Shown one piece after another: positions 56,494 to 64,000 of a DNA stretch of 64,000 bases (positions are counted from its first letter, which is position 1; each line of letters begins with the position of its first letter). The position numbers and the translations under genes were made by a program. Location of the stretch: the IMG/VR virus record IMGVR_UViG_3300042868_007959, positions 186,001 through 250,000 of that record; one strand, written 5' to 3'. Below the pieces are notes generated by a model that had not been told where the DNA came from, made no database searches, and worked only from the letters and a program-made list of their open reading frames with translations.

Positions 56494-56877
56494 ATGAGTA
56501 GACCTAAAAAAACTAAAATCAATTTAGATAAAAATAGTTTACAGGAATTAATGCAAGAAATTTATAATGATTGTAGTAATATAATGAATAGTGCTAGAAG
56601 AGAAATAAATGAAAGAAAAGTTAGAGTTAATATAGAAGACGTTAATGACGAATACCAAATTGGTAAAGTTAATAATGAAACTCTTAAAATTTTAGAAACC
56701 ACTATTGATAAAAAAATAGCTTTAGCAAAATTACAATCTCAGATACTTGGTAATAAAAGTAATGAAGATGATGGCAATAATGTAGGTAATGGTATTACAG
56801 AAGAAGATAAAAATATTCTAAGAGAATTATTTAAAGAAAAGGCTGGTAATAAAAATACTAAATACGATATAGATTAA
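56494..56877 (+). CDS. Hypothetical coiled-coil late protein
   Basis: Late motif 56471-56478. Confidence 0.55.
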   Translation: MSRPKKTKINLDKNSLQELMQEIYNDCSNIMNSARREINERKVRVNIEDVNDEYQIGKVNNETLKILETTIDKKIALAKLQSQILGNKSNEDDGNNVGNGITEEDKNILRELFKEKAGNKNTKYDID

Positions 56878-56878
56878 A

Positions 56879-58585
56879 ATGAACGAAAAATTTAAGAATG
56901 TTGTTTGTGAACCTAAAGATGCTATTGGAGATGTTAAGAGAAATATTCTAGAGTTAATATCACTGAATCAGACTATATGTAATAATTTACCTAATTTATC
57001 TATACCTACTGCAATTCCAGATGTACCCGATTTAAATTTTAGTCAGAGAGTTGTTGACTTATTAAATGATATTTTAGCAACTGTTTCAGGTATTAATATT
57101 GATGAGATGAGGATGCAGTTGATAAATTGGCTAGTTGAACAATTACAACCACTTTCTGAGGATTTATCCATTACAATGATAGATACTATAAAATGTTGTT
57201 ACGCTTGTAAGATTAATCCTCAGATACCAAATTGGTTATTTGTGACTGACCCATCAACTATAACATTTGATGCAACTGGAACCCCTATACCAAATAGTGG
57301 ATCACCTGGGTTAGGTATAAATATTGAGTTAAATAAATTAGATTTAACTTGTTTATTTTCGGTTGACCCTAATTCTACAGTAGGTAAACTATTTTATGAT
57401 GGTACTGCAATAGATGATATAAATGTGTTCCTATGGGAAGTGATACAAGAAAATGGTAACCCTTTAATATGGAAAGATCCTACATCTGGTAAAGAGATTA
57501 TGGAAGTTAGATATATTGAGGATAGTCCTACCTCATTTGTTGAAAATAATGGATCTAGTGAATTTCAAAATATAGAATCTAGACCTAGAGTTTTTAATAT
57601 TAGAATTGTTAATCAGACATACCAAAGTAAAACACTTATAACTTTTTTAGTGGATTATTTTAATAGTCAAAATCCATTATTCAATCCTGATAAAGTTATA
57701 CCAAATGTAATAGATTTAATTTATGGTAGTTTAACTAATAAAGTTAATTTACCTGATGAATGTTTAAACAAAGTAGTTGAAACCGAAAAGGCAATAGAAG
57801 ATTATATAGATAAAGGTATCGATAATCCAGATGTTGAATTTGATGAAAGTTTCTATACTTTTACAACTGCACAAATTGTTAATATAAAACAAACTGTAAA
57901 TGAAAAAAAATTAGGTGTTAAACAATTTAAAAAATGTTGTGCAAAACAAATTAGTAGTATTTCGTTTGAAACTTTAAAAGAGATAGATGATAACATTAAA
58001 GCAACTTCCACTCTTCAAGAAAAAATTCAAGTATATACAAAATCTCTTAATAATTTAATTTCTGAATCTTCAGAAGGTGTAAAAAATTTAGATAAAAATA
58101 GTGCGAATGGCGAATTTTTAGCCAATTTTATAAGTGCATTACAAGTTGCATTAACTAAAATTGTATTGTCACCAAAAAATCTATTAATGTTAAATACGTT
58201 CTATTATTTGGTTAATTCTGAACCCGTTAAAAAAGTAAAAATAAAAGAATTACTTAAGGAATTTGAATGTATTATTGCGGTGATAATTGGGAATTTATTA
58301 AAAAAGATAATTTATGAATTTCTTTTACCTATGATATTAAAAGCTCTGAAACAAATTGTATTATGTGCGATTAGAAAAAAAATAAAAGAAATAAATGAAA
58401 ATTTCTTAAAAACAAAAAGAAGTTTATTACCTCCTTTTGTTAATGATACTTTAAATGCGATAGAAGGTTTATTAGGTAAAGCTGAAAATGTTGTAGATAA
58501 AGCTAGAGGTTTTACGGATAAAGTTAATTTAGATTCATTGAGTAATGTGAGTCTATTCAATAAGAAAAATAGATTTTGTGATTAA
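56879..58585 (+). CDS. Hypothetical protein, probably baseplate-associated
   Basis: Late operon upstream of the spike gene. Confidence 0.5.
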   Translation: MNEKFKNVVCEPKDAIGDVKRNILELISLNQTICNNLPNLSIPTAIPDVPDLNFSQRVVDLLNDILATVSGINIDEMRMQLINWLVEQLQPLSEDLSITMIDTIKCCYACKINPQIPNWLFVTDPSTITFDATGTPIPNSGSPGLGINIELNKLDLTCLFSVDPNSTVGKLFYDGTAIDDINVFLWEVIQENGNPLIWKDPTSGKEIMEVRYIEDSPTSFVENNGSSEFQNIESRPRVFNIRIVNQTYQSKTLITFLVDYFNSQNPLFNPDKVIPNVIDLIYGSLTNKVNLPDECLNKVVETEKAIEDYIDKGIDNPDVEFDESFYTFTTAQIVNIKQTVNEKKLGVKQFKKCCAKQISSISFETLKEIDDNIKATSTLQEKIQVYTKSLNNLISESSEGVKNLDKNSANGEFLANFISALQVALTKIVLSPKNLLMLNTFYYLVNSEPVKKVKIKELLKEFECIIAVIIGNLLKKIIYEFLLPMILKALKQIVLCAIRKKIKEINENFLKTKRSLLPPFVNDTLNAIEGLLGKAENVVDKARGFTDKVNLDSLSNVSLFNKKNRFCD

Positions 58586-58587
58586 TT

Positions 58588-59037
58588 ATGGCAGCAAGTG
58601 ACGGATGTAATAGTAATAAAGGTGATATTTACAAAAATATTGGCATTGCGGGTGCATTAGTAACTATCGCATTACTCCTTAAAAAGGCATTTAAAACACC
58701 TAAGAAATTACCACCTATATCTAAAGAAGAAATTCTAATAGGTGTTAAATTTAGAGAGGGAATGAGTTCTATTGAAATCGCCTCTAGAATTATAGAAAGA
58801 AAAAAGGAGATCGGTATTGGTATCGGTCCATTACCTAGCGGTGCGGAGAATCTCGAATTAAAGATGGAAGTAATACGAGTAGAAGAAATTGTTAATGCGA
58901 TACAAACAAAAATGAAAATAGAGGGTGCATTTCCCGCAGGTGTCGCAATAACTGCAACAGGTGGAAATGCTGGAGGACCAATTGTTGTACAAGGTGCAAC
59001 AACACAATCAGTTAAAGTAGAAGGTATTGCAAGATAA
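58588..59037 (+). CDS. Hypothetical baseplate-region protein
   Basis: GGNAGGPIVVQG; operon context. Confidence 0.5.
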   Translation: MAASDGCNSNKGDIYKNIGIAGALVTIALLLKKAFKTPKKLPPISKEEILIGVKFREGMSSIEIASRIIERKKEIGIGIGPLPSGAENLELKMEVIRVEEIVNAIQTKMKIEGAFPAGVAITATGGNAGGPIVVQGATTQSVKVEGIAR

Positions 59038-59041
59038 AATT

Positions 59042-59233
59042 ATGGAAAATAGTGTAATCAATTGGGAAAATATAGGTAATTCTTCTATTAAAATGAAATT
59101 AGAAGAATTATTACATGAACAAACGGCATTAAAGGATAGGATAATAAAACTTTCTGAAAAGTTAGAATCTGTAGAAAAGGAATATTACTATGGGAATAAA
59201 GTTTTAGTAAAAAGATATAAAGGAGAAGAGTAA
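59042..59233 (+). CDS. Small coiled-coil hypothetical protein
   Basis: ATG at 59042; TAATG-coupled to the spike gene. Confidence 0.55.
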   Translation: MENSVINWENIGNSSIKMKLEELLHEQTALKDRIIKLSEKLESVEKEYYYGNKVLVKRYKGEE

Positions 59234-60537
59234 TGAATAATTATTATACAGACAGTACTAATACTAACGTAATACCAATTATAAGGGTTGGTGAAGTTAT
59301 TTCTGTGGTAGACACAACTAAATCGGGAAGAATAAAAGTTAGAATTACAGGCGTTGATGACACAGAAAGTGATAAAAATTTAATAGATTGTGTACCATTA
59401 TTACCAAAATATTTAATAACATTACCTAAAGCTGGAGAATGTGTTTTCGTATTCCAATATGAATATAATGACTCATCCCCAACTGCCTCATTTAAAAACA
59501 AAAGATTTTGGATTGGACCACTAATAACTCAACCAAATAGGTTACCTGAAGAAACATATAATTCAGCACTTTCGATATTACCCGATGGATATACCAAATT
59601 AAAGGACCCAAATTTAGAAATTGGTGCCTATGGGGAAGATGAGGATATTATTTTACAAGGTAGATATAATACTGATATCTTACAAAAAGATAGACAAATT
59701 TGGTTAAGAGTTGGGAAGAATATTGAGGGTGAACTTAATAAATTTAATAACAAAACTTTAGGGTATGTACAGTTAAAGTTTGGTGGTGAAAAATTAAAAA
59801 GAAATTTAGTAGATAAAGAAATAGTTACGTATGTGGAACAACAACCTGATAAAATTATTAGTGTAATTTTAAATACTATTACAAATAATGGTAATATTTT
59901 ATCTGGTGATTTACCTGCAGACACTTATAGAAAGGATGATATTAATAGAACTGAAATAAGTGTAGTCATAAATGATGCAAAAAGTGGTGCGGAGATCGCT
60001 AGTTTCTCCAATAGTAATTCCTTTTTAGGTAGTTCCTCTAGGGATTCCTCATTGGAGGCGGCTAAGTCATTTATAGACGTAAATAAAGGTGAACGATGGA
60101 GAATAAAATCAAAATCGAATGATATAATTGCAATATATAAAGGGGATAATGGTATCGCAACATTTACAAGTAAACCTATTGAGGTTAGAAAGAAAATAAA
60201 AGAAGTTAAATTAGAAACTAATAAAAGTGATAAAACTAGTGTTGTTAACATTGTAGCAAATAAAATTAATTTTATTAGTCATGACGGTGAACACACATTT
60301 AATTTAACTGATCCTAAACAGTTGATAACTGATGATGAACAACAGAAGATAAATAATGAGGCTCATCCAGTAGTTTATGGAGATATTCTAGTAGAATTTT
60401 TACAATTAGTTAAAAAATATGTAGAGTTACACGTACACCCTTATCATGGATTAACTGCGGACCCAAGTACTGTTACAACAAACGTATTAAGTTTTGATTT
60501 AAATAAATTATTAAATAAGAATATTAATACTAATTAA
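59233..60537 (+). CDS. Baseplate central spike (gp5/gpV/VgrG-like)
   Basis: OB-fold GEVISVVD...GRIKVRI...PKAGECV...WIGP; C-terminal HVHPYHG metal-binding tip. Confidence 0.75.
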   Translation: MNNYYTDSTNTNVIPIIRVGEVISVVDTTKSGRIKVRITGVDDTESDKNLIDCVPLLPKYLITLPKAGECVFVFQYEYNDSSPTASFKNKRFWIGPLITQPNRLPEETYNSALSILPDGYTKLKDPNLEIGAYGEDEDIILQGRYNTDILQKDRQIWLRVGKNIEGELNKFNNKTLGYVQLKFGGEKLKRNLVDKEIVTYVEQQPDKIISVILNTITNNGNILSGDLPADTYRKDDINRTEISVVINDAKSGAEIASFSNSNSFLGSSSRDSSLEAAKSFIDVNKGERWRIKSKSNDIIAIYKGDNGIATFTSKPIEVRKKIKEVKLETNKSDKTSVVNIVANKINFISHDGEHTFNLTDPKQLITDDEQQKINNEAHPVVYGDILVEFLQLVKKYVELHVHPYHGLTADPSTVTTNVLSFDLNKLLNKNINTN

Positions 60538-60558
60538 GATATTTATTTATAAAAAGAA

Positions 60559-61965
60559 ATGGTATACAGAACTTATATAGATAAAAATAATACAATTATT
60601 TTTGGGACAAGTATTAACACAGGAAGAAATCCCATCGTAGAGTTGTATTATGGTGGTAAAGAAACACAAACTGATTACACAAGACATTTATTATATTTTG
60701 ATGTTTCCGATTTACAGGAAAAATATAATAATGGTGAATTAGGTGATTTATCTGAAGTAACTCACATATTAAGAATGACAAATAGTTCATTTTTTGATAA
60801 AGATTTGCAGGCACAAAAATTATTAGATGGTAAACAAAGAACATCTTCTTTTGATTTAGTACTATTTAAAATAAATCAATTTTGGGATGAGGGTTGTGGT
60901 TATGACTATAGAGAAACAAAATATGAAAATTATAATAGTGATATTACCTTTGTTGAATCCGCAAGTAATTGGTTAAATGCAACAACAGTAAATAGTTGGT
61001 TACAACCAGGTGTATATTCAGGATCACCCACATCAATTACAATTAATACACAACATTTTGATAAGGGAAATGAGAACATCGAAATGGACATCACTAATGA
61101 AGTTAATAAACTTATAACTGGTGGTAGTATAAATTATGGGTATGGGTTATCATTTGAAAGACCATTAGAGTTAAAAGAAATTGTACCCTCACAGTATGTA
61201 GGATTTTTTAGTAGACACACTCAAACTTATTATGAACCATTTTTAGAAACTATATGTGATAATACTATTAGAGATGATAGAAAAAATTTCTATAGGGGTA
61301 AATTAAATAGATTATATTTTTACACTAATTTAGGTAGTGAACCTACAAATTTAGATACTAAACCTACTGTAACCGTTAATGATAGTAATGGTACTATTAT
61401 ATCCGCATATACTAGTAGTGATGTTAAACAATCAGATAAGGGGGTTTATTATATTGAACTATTCGTACCTATATCAAACACCCAATGTGGATTATTTACC
61501 GATGTATGGTCAGATATAGTAATAGATGGTAATATACGTCCAGATGTTACATTAGAATTTGAGGTAAAAGACGATACTGAATATTATAACTTCGGAGATA
61601 GCGAATCTCTACCTATAGAATATATGGTTAATTTAAGTGGTATTATGAGGGATGAAAAAATAAAAAGAGGAGATAAAAGAAAAGTATTTGTCAATGCTAG
61701 ATTACCCTATACAGTTAATGAAAGTAGTGTAATCGATGGTTTACAATATAGATTGTGGGTTAAAGAAGGTAATGCAGAAGTTAATGTAATAGATTGGTCA
61801 GATGTTAATAGAGCCTATTTAAGGAATTATTTTATTTTAGATACTTCTTGGATGATACCTAATGAATATTTTATCGATATTAAATTAAAATCTAATCAAT
61901 TGGTAAAAACCTATACTAATACTCTCAAATTTAACATTATCAATCAAGTAGATTATTCACATTAA
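60559..61965 (+). CDS. Virion structural protein
   Basis: Late motif 60539-60546; beta-rich, W.EG.G and NYGYGL.F motifs. Confidence 0.55.
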   Translation: MVYRTYIDKNNTIIFGTSINTGRNPIVELYYGGKETQTDYTRHLLYFDVSDLQEKYNNGELGDLSEVTHILRMTNSSFFDKDLQAQKLLDGKQRTSSFDLVLFKINQFWDEGCGYDYRETKYENYNSDITFVESASNWLNATTVNSWLQPGVYSGSPTSITINTQHFDKGNENIEMDITNEVNKLITGGSINYGYGLSFERPLELKEIVPSQYVGFFSRHTQTYYEPFLETICDNTIRDDRKNFYRGKLNRLYFYTNLGSEPTNLDTKPTVTVNDSNGTIISAYTSSDVKQSDKGVYYIELFVPISNTQCGLFTDVWSDIVIDGNIRPDVTLEFEVKDDTEYYNFGDSESLPIEYMVNLSGIMRDEKIKRGDKRKVFVNARLPYTVNESSVIDGLQYRLWVKEGNAEVNVIDWSDVNRAYLRNYFILDTSWMIPNEYFIDIKLKSNQLVKTYTNTLKFNIINQVDYSH

Positions 61966-62798
61966 TCAGTAATATTGATAGGTTCAATTCCTTCTGGTAA
62001 TTTAAAATTAGTTTCGGACAGTTTATTTAAAACATCTTTTATAGTTAAATCAAATGTCTTAAATATATTTTCCTTTGTCATAGGTGTAGGATATGGGACA
62101 TTAAATGACATTAAATCTATTTTATCTCTGTCATTAATTTCTCCCAATACGTTAGAATATGTACTAATAACCTTAAATTCATTTTGATTTATATTTTGAT
62201 ATCCATTCCTATCAAATTCCCAAGGTAACCGTTCTATCTTATTACCATCCCCATCAATAGAGTAAAAATCTATTGACACTGATAATGTTCTACTACTAAT
62301 TGCGTCCATAGTAAGATAATGTCTTCTATAAGTCCCATCTATTTGATAATTTGGTAAGGATATGTACATATAAAAACCTCTAAATCCGCTACTAAGACTA
62401 ACTACCCTACCTTCAATCGATTCTGCTCCCACATCTCCATCAAAATGTAAATTAACTTCGTAATTATTTTCATTTAATTTAGAAAATTCACTTGATAAAG
62501 AAGATAAATTTTCGTGAAATAATCTATAAATTGGTTCTTTTTTACGTATCGATTGATGTGGTGCAAATAATTCTCTAGCTGACCATGAAAATGTTTTGGT
62601 TAACGAATAAGCACTTTCATAATCTAAATTAAAATCCTCTATCAATTCTGCCGCAACATCCCACTGGTTAAAGTTGGTATTACTATCCCCGTATTTTTTA
62701 TACAACATCTCTAAAATTCTTTTTTCTTGTGGACTGAATTCAGATGACACATCAATTAACCTAGATTCTAAAATTACGTATTTCTTTTTTATTCTCAT
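61962..62798 (-). CDS. Hypothetical protein after major capsid gene, possible short VILE leader
   Basis: Both TATATTTG (62804-62811) and ATATTTAT (62815-62822) upstream. Confidence 0.6.
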   Translation of the reverse strand: MRIKKKYVILESRLIDVSSEFSPQEKRILEMLYKKYGDSNTNFNQWDVAAELIEDFNLDYESAYSLTKTFSWSARELFAPHQSIRKKEPIYRLFHENLSSLSSEFSKLNENNYEVNLHFDGDVGAESIEGRVVSLSSGFRGFYMYISLPNYQIDGTYRRHYLTMDAISSRTLSVSIDFYSIDGDGNKIERLPWEFDRNGYQNINQNEFKVISTYSNVLGEINDRDKIDLMSFNVPYPTPMTKENIFKTFDLTIKDVLNKLSETNFKLPEGIEPINITD

Positions 62799-62835
62799 AA
62801 TTACAAATATACTAATAAATATTTTAAAAAATAAA

Positions 62836-62860
62836 AAAGGGTAGAAAAAATCTACCCTTT
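62836..62860 (-). terminator. Intrinsic terminator after major capsid gene
   Basis: aaagggtaga-aaaaa-tctacccttt with T-run on the minus strand. Confidence 0.8.
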
Positions 62861-62883
62861 AATAACTTTATTTTAAATTAAGA

Positions 62884-64000
62884 TTATCTTAATTCGTTAA
62901 GATCAAAAGTTTGAACTCCATCAACAGTTACAGTTCCGTAGAATCTGTTGTTCACCATTTTCTTAGCGTATCTCGTCATGATACCTTTAGTTGGTGCAAA
63001 GTTAAACGGATTTTGTAATGTAGGTGTCAATTGTAGAGGTACATACGGTGCGTAAATGTATCCTGTATCTAACAATGATTTACCTTTGTGTCCAATAATG
63101 ATTGAGTTAGCTGGTGCATAAGGGTCTCTAAATACAGTATATCTACCACCTAATGAACCGATTTTCTCAATACCCATATTGTATTGGTCTTGCTCTGGAG
63201 AAGCGTTTGATACGTGGAAGTATTCTAAATCGTCAAAAATTGCTGATACCTCAGAAGATACAACGATAAAGTTAGCTCCACCTCTCAAAGTAGACTTATG
63301 AATTTGAGCAGATACTTGATTTACTTTTGTAATCAATGTCTGATTCCACTCTTTTTGAGTGTATGCGTTGAAACCACCACCGTTGTTAGCTCTCTTCCAA
63401 CCGTTGTAATCCCATCTCAATTGCCATGCTGCTCCTTTTCTTAAATCTCTTAAGATCTCTCTATCAATCTCAGCAGCTACCTGCTCAGACAATAAAGCCG
63501 TAAGTTCAGCTTCAGCATCGATGTTATGGAATGCACTAACGTCTTGTGCTAATTCAGGTGACCAAGTAGCTCTTAGTTTTCTTTCTGTAACCGATACAAC
63601 TACTTCATCCAATTCAAAAGATACTTCACCCATTTCTGTAGCGAATTCTAATGTTGCATATTGTGCCCAAGATACAGATAAATTTCCCCACTGTTCTGCC
63701 GTTGTAGCTGAAGTAGCACCTACATAACCATCGAAGTTTGAAGATGTACAATTGATACAAGCTGGGTGAGTTAAATCTAATTCGATTAATAAACATCCGT
63801 CAGGTTGACAAATATTAGTATAATCAACAATACCTCTACCATATTTTTGAGATACTAATCTGAATGGTACTACACCACCTGCAGCGATAATAGTTTTACC
63901 ATCTTTATCTAAGATAGCGTCATCACTAGTTACTGTTAAAGAAGCTAAGAAAGACTCAGTATCCATTTCGTTTCCGTCTGGTCCTGTCAATCTACCTGCA
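62884..64000 (-). CDS. gp23: Major capsid protein (T4 gp23-like), 5' part outside window
   Basis: RKLRATWSPELAQD..AFHNIDAEAEL...EIDREI, RGGANFIV.S, YAPYVPL, GIMTRYA. Confidence 0.97.
   Translation of the reverse strand, partial: AGRLTGPDGNEMDTESFLASLTVTSDDAILDKDGKTIIAAGGVVPFRLVSQKYGRGIVDYTNICQPDGCLLIELDLTHPACINCTSSNFDGYVGATSATTAEQWGNLSVSWAQYATLEFATEMGEVSFELDEVVVSVTERKLRATWSPELAQDVSAFHNIDAEAELTALLSEQVAAEIDREILRDLRKGAAWQLRWDYNGWKRANNGGGFNAYTQKEWNQTLITKVNQVSAQIHKSTLRGGANFIVVSSEVSAIFDDLEYFHVSNASPEQDQYNMGIEKIGSLGGRYTVFRDPYAPANSIIIGHKGKSLLDTGYIYAPYVPLQLTPTLQNPFNFAPTKGIMTRYAKKMVNNRFYGTVTVDGVQTFDLNELR

Noticed and set aside
326-63727. Many short ORFs in the track that are antisense or out of frame within long genes (e.g. 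11300..11620, 25969..26325, 33175..33651, 38686..39111)
   Set aside because: Shadow ORFs of real genes, with no promoter or motif support.
1-64000. Stop-codon recoding as in some jumbo phages
   Set aside because: Standard-code ORFs tile the window and conserved genes are unbroken. TAG stops are rare (one noted at 17537) but no read-through is needed.
1-64000. tRNA or rRNA genes
   Set aside because: Intergenic gaps are short and AT-rich, with no cloverleaf or T-loop signature seen.

Overview
This is a gene-dense, very AT-rich 64 kb segment of a large T4-like myovirus (jumbo-phage style), read in the standard code. The host is probably Bacteroidota, because TAnnTTTG/TTTG promoters precede the early genes. 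It holds much of the virion module: gp23-like major capsid (partial), gp18 sheath, gp19 tube, neck and terminator proteins, baseplate hub and spike, and several fibres including a 1714-aa repeat fibre with an autocleaving chaperone. It also encodes a family B DNA polymerase, SNF2 helicase, glutaredoxin, ferritin-like protein, dUTPase, PhoH, a SET protein, a gp55-like late sigma factor and an 8-glycosyltransferase cluster. The most striking feature is a family of at least 8 otherwise unrelated late proteins sharing a short N-terminal leader (LxEE/QxxRxKxL or L/IxExxxxRI) that ends in an [ILV]-x-E site. Leader and cargo are visibly shuffled at that Glu. This looks like a capsid-targeting, prohead-protease-processed set of injected effectors; cargos include a zincin+HAD polyprotein, a pre-toxin-TG-like protein, two OmpA-like proteins and a membrane protein. 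Other highlights: a sense-strand ATATTTAT late-promoter motif; a fibre cassette between direct repeats that each carry a ribbon-helix-helix gene and operator; an [ST][GA]xT motif enriched in virion proteins (candidate glycosylation sequon); and a probable programmed frameshift in the gp26-like gene. All family calls come from motif recognition by eye, with no database searches.
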